Shown piece by piece: positions 12,886-35,400 of a DNA stretch of 64,000 nt. A program made the position numbers and the translations under genes. The notes under the pieces are model-generated. The model saw only the letters and a list, made by a program, of their open reading frames with translations, was not told the DNA's origin and did no database searches. Positions within the stretch are counted from its first letter, which is position 1. Each line of letters starts with the position of its first letter. The stretch is from Takakia lepidozioides (lineage: Eukaryota; Plantae; Bryophyta): NCBI GenBank assembly GCA_030704615.1, contig CM060731.1:53444001-53508000 (forward strand). Reading direction: 5' to 3'.

Positions 12886-13448
12886 TATTGTACCACCAGT
12901 TGTTGATTTGCGATCTGTTCCCTGCATAATCAGCATCCGCATAAGCCTCTATAAGATTTGTGATACTCTTCCCATCGCAGCATAGAGCCAAATGAATTTG
13001 CTTGACTGCAAGGCAAAGGGATTTTTAAGGCAGAGAGGAAAAGTTCAGATGGCTAAGATTTGCCTTTCCGAGTTGAAGATAGCTCAGCTAATCTCCATGT
13101 GTCAAAAAAAAGAGTCTAGATATGGATATATCCGAGAATTTGTGTAGCTCTATGGACTACCTAGATAGCGTTCAAGAGGATGGGGACCACCTCCTCTGGG
13201 ACATAGTGTGTCATATGAGGAGTGCACTTTACATCCAGATTTGGCTGCTTTATATCCACATATGCCACATGGTATCCAAAAGTTGTGGATCCCTTGCTAT
13301 CAAATATAACTTAGCGCTCATCCTTGTAAGCAATGGCATTTCACCACATCATCTGAAGAAGTCTTGATAACTACTATGAATTCACCTTGGACTCCCGCGG
13401 CTTCGCAATATCGTATACCAGTCAAGCTCTTCTTGGTGAAGCTGATGC

Positions 13449-14135
13449 TGCATCTCGATGCTGCGATTGGCCGAGAGCAGCCAGGTTACTCACGGTATCC
13501 TATGACCTTCTCTTCATTTACGACCTACTACATCCTTATTGGTCCACGAATTCTCGTAACCCCTCTCCCCCTCTCCTCTCTGTAACCTCACATCAACAAG
13601 GGGGGTGGGGTGGAAATGAGAAGGTAGAATCGTATAGGGTAATGCCCTAAGTAGAGCCTAGGGAGGGCATTCCTGGATTTGCCCAAGAATCCAGGAATGC
13701 CAGACACGAAGGGCATTACCCTGCATAAAGCAGGTGCAACAAAAAAAGGTACCAAATGCATTACACGGGAATGTGATGCACCGCCCTTGTGCACCAGTGC
13801 ATTCCACCGGAGTGTAATGCCCCGCCCGGGCCAAGCGCGGCAATCTACTTTGTGAGGAGCCGATTTAACAAAGAGAAAATCTCAAAGTGCTTTATGGGTA
13901 GGTTCCTGCACTGACCTGCTATAGGGAGTCGCCTGCATAATCCCTCTCCTCTCCTTAACCTCACATTAGAGGGGGGGTTAGGGCGGGAAACGGGAAGATA
14001 GAAAGTAGAAACGGATAGGTTCCTGCACTGACCTGCTATAGCCAGTCGCGTGCATCTCGATGTAGCATCAACCGGTCATGTTCAAATAGCGGATTCAAAG
14101 GAGACTGGGTTACTTGCGGTAGCCGGCTCCTTCTC
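13449..14135. repeat. Dispersed repeat with internal direct duplications; part recurs inverted at 19913-20045
   Basis: 13560-13630 ~ 13941-14010; taggttcctgcactgacctgctatag occurs twice; 13633-13730 matches 19913-20045 in reverse complement. Confidence 0.7.
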
Positions 14136-14360
14136 ACTGGATACGTACTCCCTAATCAAGCGTTTGAGCGATGTTCATCCACATTTTCCAAATTGTCATC
14201 CAAATGGGTGGCTGGCTATGGTTAGTAGCTGCCTCCTCAAATGCAAACAGGAATTGGAACATAGGCAATTCGCGACAAAAGCTCGGTTATGGACTAGGTA
14301 ACCGGCAAGAGGCCACGGGTTACCGGATAACCGGATTTTCGAAACATCGAGAGTGACAGT

Positions 14361-14485
14361 CATCCATGCACAACCAGGTTATCAATACTTTACATCCATG
14401 TGCAGCCATGTTATCGAACCTTTACATCCATCCGCAACCAGGTTATCGATACTCTACATCCATGCGCAGCCAGATTATCAAATCC
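14361..14485. repeat. 32-bp minisatellite, ~4 units
   Basis: catccatgcacaaccaggttatcaatacttta-like units in tandem. Confidence 0.85.
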
Positions 14486-14575
14486 TGTGAGGGTCGTAGA
14501 CACGTACTTGATGTTGGACACGTACTTGATGTTGGAAGTCAACTCTAACATTCAACACGAATCTTGAAGAGACAT

Positions 14576-14792
14576 AAAGGAAAGTAAAGTATAAAGTATG
14601 ACGTAAAGTATAAAGTATGACGCCCCCAAAGGGAGCGTAACTTATGGTGTCTCTTCACCACAAGGCCTCAAGGGTTACTGCCTGCTGAAAAGTGGACACC
14701 TTCATGACACACCACACCGTGATTTGAACCCACAACCACATCCAACGTCGTGTACGTCGTGTATGTGCCCATTACCACTGGGCTACATGCTG
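14576..14792 (-). mobile_element. tRNA-derived SINE, copy 1
   Basis: Minus strand: A box TAGCCCAGTGG, B box GGTTCAAATC, body shared with 15346-15524, TACTTTA-repeat tail. Confidence 0.8.
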
Positions 14793-15175
14793 GTTGTTAG
14801 AAGGGATGCAACTCTTAGACAAAGAGTTGTGATGTGTGTAACTTAGACCTATTGGTTGTATCAATAGTCATGACTGTTCATATGTTTTAAATGTGAGCGC
14901 ACTCTCACTATTGTATCATCTTCTTCATTATCAATTATAAGTCTCTCTCTCCATAAGTTTAACACTCAAGATGCTTTGAAAAACATGTACCCCACGAATG
15001 TAAAGTGTGTTTTGGAAGGTACAAAACAGAAGGTACATGGGAGCAGAGTGGGTCAGAAATGGGGTGGAACTAAGGTATTTTTTCGGGTGGCAAGTGAACG
15101 AGTGTTATGTGTTGGGATGCACAAGCATGGGCAGTCGAGGAGTGGACCAGTGTTGGGTTGTTCTTAGCTTTTTAT

Positions 15176-15790
15176 AATATCCGTCGGGTCCGGATACTTG
15201 ACAAATTAGAAAATGATATATCCTGCGGATCCGGATATTAGAATAACATGCATTTATAATATCTGCATTTCTAATATCCGCCGGTTATGCATAGTAAAAG
15301 TTTTAAAAAATCTGTCGGATATAAATAAGTCCGGATATTCACATTAAAGAAGAAGTAGAAGTATGACGCCTCCCAAAGGGAGCATAACTTATGGTGTCAC
15401 TTCACCACAAGGGCTACTGCCTTCCAGCTGAAAGGTGGACACCTTCATGACACACCAGACCATGGTTTGAACCCACAACCTCATCCAACGTGGTATGTGC
15501 CCATTACCACTGGGCTACATGCTGTCGATGTTCAAATTGTAATATCCGGCGGTTATAGAGTAATCCGGATATATGAATCATAACAGTAATATCTTTTAAT
15601 TTTTGTTATTTAATCAATTTAAATAATTATAATTCCAATAAAAAAACTCATTTTTTATTTTTATTTAATATTTTCTTTTCTTTCTTATATCTGGATACAA
15701 TCCGGTTATTAATCCTTTTTATATCCGCTGGGTAGGATCCTATCCGGATTCTCTGTTTTATGTATCCGCCGGATATTAATAATAGCCGAA
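15176..15790. mobile_element. AT-rich element with many ATATCCG/ATCCGGAT motifs (non-autonomous DNA TE-like), interrupted by SINE copy 2
   Basis: More than 10 ATCCG/CGGAT motifs in both orientations; termini not resolved. Confidence 0.5.
15346..15524 (-). mobile_element. tRNA-derived SINE, copy 2, with imperfect 12-bp TSD
   Basis: A box at 15507-15517, B box GGTTCAAACC at 15464-15473; flanks gatattcacatt / gatgttcaaatt. Confidence 0.85.
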
Positions 15791-18590
15791 ATATGTAAAA
15801 TAATTTTATTCGGGCCTTGTTAATTTTAGAGTGGTCTAGGAATTAGCGTGGTCCAGGAGTTAAAAAGGGGCCAATGTAATAAGGCCACATGTATTAATTA
15901 ACAAAATGAAGGGTCCGAAAAAAGATGGCGGGAAGCTGATAGCTATTAAATAGGGGATGGTGATACCCAACGTCCGGGGAGAATTGGCAGCCAGTAACAT
16001 GCTAGCTGACTGAATTCCAGAATTTCCGAATGACATATGAAACCTCAGGAAATGGATCCGAGGGAAAAAATGGCCGAAGCGGAAATCAACCGGGTGCCCT
16101 ACTTTTAGGAAGGATATTTTGCCTTTCCATTTCATTACAGACAGGAAATCTGCCTTAGTTGGCAAGGCCTGGACGGATTCCGGCCCTTCTTGTATTACCA
16201 AAAGCGGAAATGGCCGTCGAAGTCCGCCACATGGCAAAAATCCAACGTGCCAGGCCAGGTTACATCCGAGGAAGGGCGTTTAGGTGAAAAAATATTGAAC
16301 TCAAGAGGGCGGGCTGTGGGCAAACCCTACTAAGTCTGGACGTTGCTCTCGCAGCCTCCAGCCCCACGCCTGCTTGCACTCGCTGCCTGCTATCACAGCT
16401 CACCTGTCCATGCGGGTTCAATTCTTAGCCTCCATGTGGTTTGAGGGCATTGACAGGTCCAACTTCTATAAGGATACAATGTTCTTCACTTGTTTGAATT
16501 GCTTAAAACTGGTTGTGATTATTTATTATTATTATTTACTTATTGTTGTGCATTTGACACTTGTGTTGTCAACCGGTTGATATTTATAAGGGCCGGATTT
16601 ATAGCTGAACACAAAATAAATCATTAGGAATATTACCGGTTGTAAAGAATTTATCTCAAAAATTGACCGGGTATAGTTACCACTAAGGGGCAGCACCCGA
16701 CTGCCCAACCCACTTAGCTGATTGCTGCTGGGAATGAGCGGCTACTGGCTGGTTCAACTGAAATTATTTCCCGGACGATGGCTCAATGTGATCGCCAAAA
16801 CCAACCTGCTATAACAGGTGAAAGCAAAGATTGGGACCAAGCAAAGATTGGGACCGATCTCCCAACTTTCGGAGAGTTGGGTTTGGGTTTTCGCACATAG
16901 AAGTAAGTGCCCGGCGGACGTTCAAAACCTGTCCTGACATCATCTTTTGCTAGGGTTTGACCACATGAAGGACACCCTCATAGAGAGAGAGAACCTGAAC
17001 TGGGGGTTATCAAAAATAATACATAACCGCCCAACACTCGTTATTTTCTCCTCTCACTATAACTAGGCGGCATTATTTGTGAGCTGTCGCTCCCAGGTGT
17101 TTCCAAATTATTTTAATCTTCAATTAATATTATTTATTTATTAAAATAAAAAACTTAAGTCGGGTGTGGAGGTGTGACTCATCCAGCATTCCCCACACAC
17201 AGTCATTTATGAGGGGGATATTTGCACATGATACATGCCGCCAAGAACCCATATTTTTCATTCAGGACGTCCAATGTGCAGGAGAGAAGTATCGGGAAGT
17301 GCAGCTGCACGAGGCGTACAAGCAAAGTGGATTCATTCATTGTAGCGGACATTCACAATTCACGAAATCCTTGCTGAGATTGTGTGGGCTGATACATAGT
17401 GATGTAGGAGAGCGGGTATGTGCCTGACATGCAAGTTGGAAGAGGAGCAAAAGGAATGCGGCTGCAGGGAAGAATCCACGATGAAGGAAATCAACAATGA
17501 AGAGGCAGTAAAACAAGCAGACCGTTCTGAACAGTTCCAGGCCATAGCCCTCACACTTTGTTGAATGCAGCATCGCAATGAAAGGCCCAATGGAAAAGAG
17601 TGCCAAGAGGGGTTTTGTTTTGGGGGCGTCTGGGGCCGGAAGTTCAATACTTGGCGTGCGACCGGTTGCCACCAAACCTCACCGCTGACGTGGCTGGATA
17701 AGTGCGGATCACGTCGCTGCTCCGCTCTCACACGTTAAATGCAAAGCCTGAGCTGATGTGGCGCTCTATCATTAGTTAAGAGAAGCTGTAACCGTACTAG
17801 GAGTTGCGCTTCAAACGTATGACGTGTCGGGTCTGGCACGCTATTGACACCGCCTCGGCTGGGCCCACCGCTAACTTAGCGCACGCTTCTGTGGATGAAT
17901 CCCGGCATGAGAATGGCGCCAAGTTGTGAGTGCCACCTTTCTGTTAGTAACCCCGTACTGTTAAACTTACATTGACAAAACATACTTGAAATTTACACCT
18001 CTTATGCCATAGGTCCAAAAATTATGAAAATGCCTCGACGCATCCCTACTCATTTCCACCGGCGACCCTGGGCGGAGGCCTTGCGGTTTGGGAGATCTAA
18101 ATAACGAATCGAAACCAGCAAACCATCTTACTTCATAAATAGACTAGTGTGGCATGGGTTTACACTAGACATGCTCTTCTGGTGTACTTCTTGTGTACAA
18201 AGGGTGTTGAATTCTTGAATGTATATGCTCTATAGGCTGTCAGAACTATTCCTCTGCGTGCTCCTCATTGCAAGCTCCGTTTTTACTGACTATTCCCCAT
18301 CCATTTCGTGCCATTCCATTTCATTTTTGGAGAGGATAAGCACTTCTCCTTCCAGCACAATTTGTATTTCATAGGGGCTTCTCCTTTGTGAATAGCAGGA
18401 TCTACATTCATTTATGATGCATCATAAAAAATTACATTTATTAGCATCACCATATCAATTTTTGTTTTTTTGTTTTCTTTTTCCTATTTTCACTTTCTCA
18501 GTATTCCATTAATTCTACAGGCTATCACAGTGTACGTTCCCAGGTGTTTCCCCTTTAAGAGAAAAAGAATACAAACAATCAAATGATCCC

Positions 18591-19628
18591 TGGCAGACAC
18601 GAGGATATAAAATAAAAAATAAAAAACTGAATCACCAGAAGATTGATGAAAACACATCTAAATTTTAGGCCTGTGCAGGCAACATTTAAGTTTCGTTTGG
18701 CAGACACGAGGATATAAAATTTAAATTTCAAAATAAAAAATTGGAATCACTAGAAGAATCGTAACTCTTGGATCCCTGTGCGGTTTTCACACCCGGTAAG
18801 CCTCCTCGTGTGGGGGATTACCTACACTCACCCCACTCGGCTACCGCCTCGTTGGTGGGGCTCATTTCGGTAATCCCCTCCACTCAGACCCTTACCCTAC
18901 ATGTAACTCTTCGATGAAGACACATCTAAATTTTAAGCCCGTGCAGGAAACATTTAGGTTTCGTTTGGCAGACACGAGGATATAAATTTTCAAAAACAAA
19001 TAAAAAAAAACATCACCAGAAGAATTTTAACTCCTCGATGGAGAAACATCTAAATTTTAAGCCTGTGCAGGCAACATTTAGGTTTAAATTGGCAGACACG
19101 AGGATACAAATTTTCAAAAAAAAAAAGGCATCACCAGAAGAATCTTAACTCTTCGATGGAGACACATCTAAGTTTTAAGCCTGTGCAGGCAACATTTAGG
19201 TTTCGTTTGGCAGACACGAGGATACAAATTTAAAAAAAAAAAAAATTGGCATCACCAGAAGAATCTTAACTCTTCGATGGAGAAACATCTAAGTTTTAAG
19301 CCTGTGCAGGCAACATTTAGGTTTCGTTTGGCAGACACGAGGATACAAATTTTTAAAAAAAAAGGCATCACCAGAAGAATCTTAACTCTTCGATGGAGAC
19401 ACATCTAAGTTTTAAGCCTGTGCAGGCAACATTTAGGTTTCGTTTGGCAGACACGAGGATACAAATTTAAAAAAAATAAAAAATTGGCATCACCAGAAGA
19501 ATCTTAACTCTTCGATGGAGACACATCTAAGTTTTAAGCCTGTGCAGGCAACATTTAGGTTTCGTTTGGCAGACACGAGGATACAAATTTAAAAAAAATT
19601 AAAAATTGGCATCACCAGAAGAATCGTA
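18591..19628. repeat. ~120-bp tandem array, 8 unit starts, variable A-tract
   Basis: ggcagacacgagga starts at 18592, 18699, 18967, 19091, 19209, 19330, 19446, 19568. Confidence 0.95.
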
Positions 19629-20122
19629 AAAACTTTCAGATTTTCCCTTAAAAGATACCGGTGACCTTAAACCTTTCAATCTACGAGGCTGGCCAATGCG
19701 TTACACAATCGTAAAGAACTAGGGCTGATTTTTCTTAGTTTGTATCTGCATATTATACAATGTAACGGCCACACAAGTACCAGTGCATTACACACCTGCA
19801 TAATGCACACCTGCGATATTTCTTTATCCCTCCAAGATCTTTTCTCACTGGAAGGTACTAGCTGGGAGAAAGCATAAAGGAAAGATGAAAAGATAAAGAA
19901 ATCATCCCATTTCTTTATGCAGGGTAACGCCCCTCATGTGGGGCATTCCCGGATTTTGGGGCCTTCCCCTGGGGCTAGGCCCTTAAATCCTACCGCCAGG
20001 CCCTCAAATCCAGGAATGCCCTCCACTCAGGGCATTTCCCTATACCCTATAGTCTACCTGCCAGGCTGGCTAGTGCATTACAGCATTCCCTGTGCGTTCC
20101 CTGTGCGTTCTCCACACACTAC

Positions 20123-20450
20123 GGTAAGCCTCCTCGTGTTGGGGGATTACCTACACTCGGCCCCCCACTCGGCTTCGTTGGTGGGGCTTGTTTCGGTAAT
20201 CCCCTCCACTCCACCCTGGACGGACGTCCATTGCCAAAGGCGTGACGCTCTAAAGTGTCCCAAGTACTCGGAGCCTTACTCTACACGTAACTCTTTGATG
20301 ACACATCTAAATTTTAAGCCTCAGCATTTAGGTTTCGTTTGGCAGACACGAGGATATAAATTTCAAAACTAAATAAAAATTGGCATCACCAGAAGAATCG
20401 TAACTCTTCGATGAAGACACATCAAAATTTTAAGAGGCAACATTTAGGTT
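20123..20450. repeat. Second block of the same array: hairpin insert plus ~1.5 units
   Basis: 20123-20210 ~ 18795-18885; ggcagacacgagga at 20341. Confidence 0.9.
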
Positions 20451-21585
20451 TGGTTGGATGCTTTGCATCAGTTTCTTCTCTTCATGTTAGCTTCTCGGTT
20501 GCTTGGACTTGGCCACTCTTTTTTAGGCCTTTGTCGATCAGTGTATCTTGGTTTGATTTTTTCCGCCTTCTGCTGATTCTCTCCGCATTGATATTGCCTT
20601 TAGGGTCCCATAGGGGGCCCTAGGAAGTCTCCTTTGCACACTGGAAGTCTTATGGCACTCAGGGCATTGATTTGCTCAAGAGGGCACCATTCCCTTTTCT
20701 TCTTGTAAGAAAAACTTGAATTACAGGTGTGACAATTGGTCCCACTCTCTTACTAACTCTGAGGGTTGCTTTCATATATAAATCTACAACCTGATCTTAT
20801 ACTTGAACTTTCAAAATCTGTATGCAGCAAAAGTCCAAGCTAGCAAGAAATAGTTTTATTGGAACTTTCATTTCTCAGGAATGAAAGTTCCTGAGACCAA
20901 GTTTCACTTGGTCTGGCAAGTCCAAGTGAAATCTTTTGCAGGTCTGGTTTAACATACCAAGAAACACCTGGAATGGCACTCCACTGCGATCATTTGAGTT
21001 TCAAAGGCAAGTCCATGGCATGAAAGAATGGGTCATCATGGTTTAGATGGGAAGATTGGGCAATACCGGGTTAACTTCAAAGAATGACAATGGCATTCCT
21101 TGCAACTCCTCTTCAATGTGTGGAAATAAAACATTTGCAATGCATTGAAACGATCAAAGAGTTGAGAAGGAAGGGCTACCAGTGTTTTGAATGCTCTCCA
21201 AAAGAAAGGGAACTAAGGAAAAAATACTGTCTGAACTGCAGTAAAACTGTTCGAAGAGTAAAAAGGACCACCTAATCTAACTTTTCTAGTAGTCTGAAAG
21301 GAGAACTGAATTGCAGCTCTGCGAAGGAGTATGGACATGAGTCCAGTGAAGGCTACCCAAAGTCTCCCATCCCAAAACTTTCAGAGTAAAACAGGGCTTC
21401 AGAAGTCCATTACCGCTCTTGAATGAGTATAAGAAACGGAAATTTTCTAAGGTTCCAAAAGAAGCCTGACTTAAGGTCCATCCCAACTCATCAAAATGTC
21501 AGGAAAGAGCGTTGCCTATTTAACCTAATGTTCATTAGAACACTTGGGAAGGGTTGTCTGATTCTCAAAGTGTACGACAATAAGG

Positions 21586-31820
<10,235 letters not shown>

Positions 31821-32406
31821 TGTATTCCTCTTCCCTCACCTCAACTCCTCCGAACACCGCGCCAATGCCATGTAGAGAGCACAAATGTCTCATGAGACCT
31901 TGGCATTGGCAGAATCGAGCCACATGAAGTGTTCATTAGGTCGTCAAGCAATCTGTCACCATCAACCTGGAGAAGAAAGTGCTAGAGTCTATCCCAGCTA
32001 CCATCTGGAAGCTGCATTCCCACGACCTTTGAATTGCCAGCAAGGATCTGTGTATGATGGAAGCGACCCCGCCAGGCATCCCTCCTGTCAAAGAAACCAT
32101 TTGTCCGGGCAGACAACCTCCGCTGCACTGTACGCTAACCCTTTGTTAATCCTCGATTAGGGTTCTAATTGAGATCCATTAGGGCAAAGTCAGATCTTAA
32201 ACTTTTGAGCATGTCAATTAGGGTTCTAATTGAGATACATTAGGGTAAATTCAGATTTTGAGGATGTCAATTAGGGTAGCCCGTCACCGTATATGAGGCA
32301 AATTCGATGTGACGAAGACGAGGTGCTGGAATAGTGAGGTCCCAAGAAGAGGGGGTTGTGTAAGAGTGTGGGGTGGGGAGGGAAGGGAAAGAGAGGGGAG
32401 CGAGGG
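31821..32406. promoter_or_regulatory. Shared bidirectional promoter/5-prime UTR region of KAPP and the HGSNAT-like gene; ~61-bp tandem duplication with telo-box-like ATTAGGGT motifs
   Basis: Divergent ATGs 586 bp apart; attagggttctaattgagat repeated at 32156 and 32217. Confidence 0.6.
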
Positions 32407-35400
32407 ATGGAGGAAGGGGAGGGGCAAGGCGTGGCGGATGGAGAGGATGGCGGTTTGGTGGAGCCTTTATTGCCCCTTGACTCGGGGGAGCAGAGGGATC
32501 AGAGACTGTTTCCAGTTTCTCGAAACGGGGAAGGTCCTGAGCGGCTAGCATCTCTTGATGTTTTCCGGGGGCTCTCCATAGCGGTACTTGTAACCAACTT
32601 GTGGAGGTTGAGTATGGTTGCGAGGAATCGAATGAATGTGGCTTAGTTTTACTTTGATGTTTTCACCTTGACATGCTTGTGCGAAAAAATGCTTGCATGA
32701 ATGTGGTTCAGAGTATGCAATTTCTTAAGAGGCTTCAGTATGAGACAAATTTGCAGGAGTTGGTTAGGTCAGTGGCGAAAGTCTTTCCTTACATTATATG
32801 AACTTGTTTCTCCTTCACGCATTTGTGCAATGTGGCGTTTTCTTTCTGCAAATCTTTGTATTTCGCTTGGCCATAGTCCCAACGCAGCAGTTGGTATTGA
32901 GCTCAAAGGGTTGGATCAGGATCTGTAGTAACTAAGGACAAGGGGTTATTGCCTTCAAAGGCTCGCTCTGGTATGTTAGGACATGAAAAATAGTTCACCA
33001 ACTACGATAAATGCCCTATTCTCATGAATCAAAGAGAAGGTTTCTGCATGCTCTAGACAATTACTCTCGATGCACAAGAATGCAGCAATGCACTGCAAAA
33101 AAAATGGGGGGCTATCCTCAAGGCATTTGCCAACTGCATAGTCTTTGAATGTAAGGAGCTGTCTATATGACCAAAGTGAAGTTTTTTAGCTTTGGGTTGT
33201 TTATATCTTTCATAGAGAGACTTTTCTTACAGCATGAATGCTCCATTTACTCTGTTCAGTCAATCAGTATAATCCATCTTAGCCACTTCTACCGTCGTGG
33301 TTTTTTGGGGGCACACAAAATTGGATGGGGCTGCTACTCCAGCAAATTTTATGAAGGGGAGACAGAAATAGGATGGACTGGAAGAGGAGAGAAACAACCA
33401 GTCAATTAGTGTTAAGGTGTTCTCAACTGAACAGTATTATGGGTCAAACTGGTTGGTGAAACAGAAGGCATCTGACCCTGTTGACCTCAAGATTCTGCCA
33501 CACATTCTCCCAAAGCGTCTAGAGATGAGATATTTACTTCTTATCTCAAAGTCCGCACTGATGGTTGATGTAGAAACTTTCCTTCTTCATTTGGCCAGGG
33601 TTTCAAGGCAGGTTTTTCCGACATGGCTTGGCATTGGTCTTTTTGTTGTGGTGCTTTGTAAGGTGGAAACGTGCACTAGTTAGCTGTCATTTTGTTGCGA
33701 TACTATATCTTCAGATGTTCTTATTGTATGTGGTAAGGTAACACTGAAGAGATTGTACTCATAAGACATTCGCCATAGCCTTGTGGCCATAGACCTGTGG
33801 CCAGTTTGGGCAGAACAAAAGTTACACTGAAGAGAGTGAGAAAGAGAGTTTGCTATGTCCACTGGAAGCCTGAAAGGCCTATGGGGGCAGACCCTGGGAA
33901 GACTAGTGTCTTCCTCTTATTTCAGTTTACTTGGCAGGGGAATGACATGGAAACAGAAGAGGAGAATGGAAGTTAGTGGGGTGATATAAAGTGATCTGTT
34001 TGGGTGCAGGTGATGATTTTGGTGGATAATGCAGGGGGCTTGTGGCCATCTATCAATCATTCACCATGGAACGGTGTGACCCTCGCAGACTTTGTGATGC
34101 CTTGTTTTCTCTTCATCGTTGGAGTTGCTCTCGCTTTGACCTATAAGGTGAGCTGTACTGGTCAAGCGCTGTGTTCCGTTGATGCCGCTCGGGATCACTG
34201 TTGTTGAATACATTTGTGCACTGTCTTTGTGTCATCTCACTTCTTCTCTTGTGCAGGAGGGGATGAATGTGGTTTGTCAAATTGAGCACAGGGGTAGACT
34301 TGAGGTGCTGTGATGACCAAGCAGGGAGGCATAGATTCAACTTCCAGTTTCACAAAGGCACTCATGCTGAGTATTGGCATGCAGAGAATATCCAACAAGA
34401 AAGTGGCAACAATAAAGGCTGTTGGACGGTCAGCAAAGCTCTTAGTGTTAGGAATAATGTTGCAAGGTGGTTACCTAGACATCCCCATATTTGAGTAGGG
34501 TTTGTGTCCCTTCTATATCAGATTGAGCATGATATCTTCTTAGGGGATATATCAGCCTGAACTTTCGAAATCAGGTCTAAAGTCGGTTGCTTTAATGTAA
34601 GATAATTGAGTCTGTTAATGATTGTGGACTTCAGCTGATCAAAGACGCATGCTGAATTGCACATAGTGCTATGAATGCGAGCTCTGTAACCAGTATGATT
34701 ACTGTCCCAGAAGCATTACCACTATCTACCAGACTCATTTTGAAAGATTGTGGTTCACAGGCGGCTACTTCCATGGTCTTGATGACTTAACATACGGAGT
34801 GGACCTTGAGCATATCCGCTGGTGTGGTATTCTGCAGGTTTGTCAAAATCTCCTTCTGTCCTCTTCTTCACCTGCCATAAATGTGAATTGCAGGCTGCTG
34901 TGCTCCTTGGTGTTTTGGAGTTATTCTCTACAGTGAAGGGAACTTTTATTGCTTTCAAACAGGGATGGATCTGACAGGGTCACTGGTGGGTGTGGCAGAG
35001 GATAGCGTTTGCCTACCTACTGGTAGCACTGTGCGAGATATGGGCACCAAGAGGTCTCTGTGATGATGTGCCCAGTGGAACTCTAGAAATTTTCAAAATC
35101 TATTACTGGCATTGGTATGTCGCAATCCTCTATCTTTTGTTACCTTCCTATTCACTGCTAGCAACCAACAGCATTCCACCACTGAACATTGGCTTGTGCC
35201 TTCCGCAGCCACGCCCGAGAGTGCTGAAGAAAGAGGAGTAAGATGCCAGCATTTGGGGCAGAGACCATGCTCATGTGAGTGGGGCTTTCCGTGGCAGGGT
35301 GATGGCTGCAGTGGTAACATTGGTGTATATTGCGCTGCTGTACGGCGTGTATGTGCCAGACTGGGACTTTGTACCTCCACCGAAGTCAACCTCCTCTCCC

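Noticed and set aside
14795-14964. Short solo LTR (TGTTA...TAACA, 170 bp)
   Set aside because: Flanks ctggt / ctcaa do not form a TSD and there is no second copy in the window; possible but unsupported
17164-17731. Cluster of short ORFs, possibly a transposase remnant
   Set aside because: No recognisable motif in any frame that I could translate
18591-19628. CRISPR array
   Set aside because: Units are full-length tandem copies without unique spacers, there are no cas genes, and the context is eukaryotic
18967-19628. Hammerhead ribozyme/retrozyme in the array (minus strand CTGGTGA...CGAAAC)
   Set aside because: Core is CUGGUGA rather than CUGANGA, and stem II cannot pair next to GAAA
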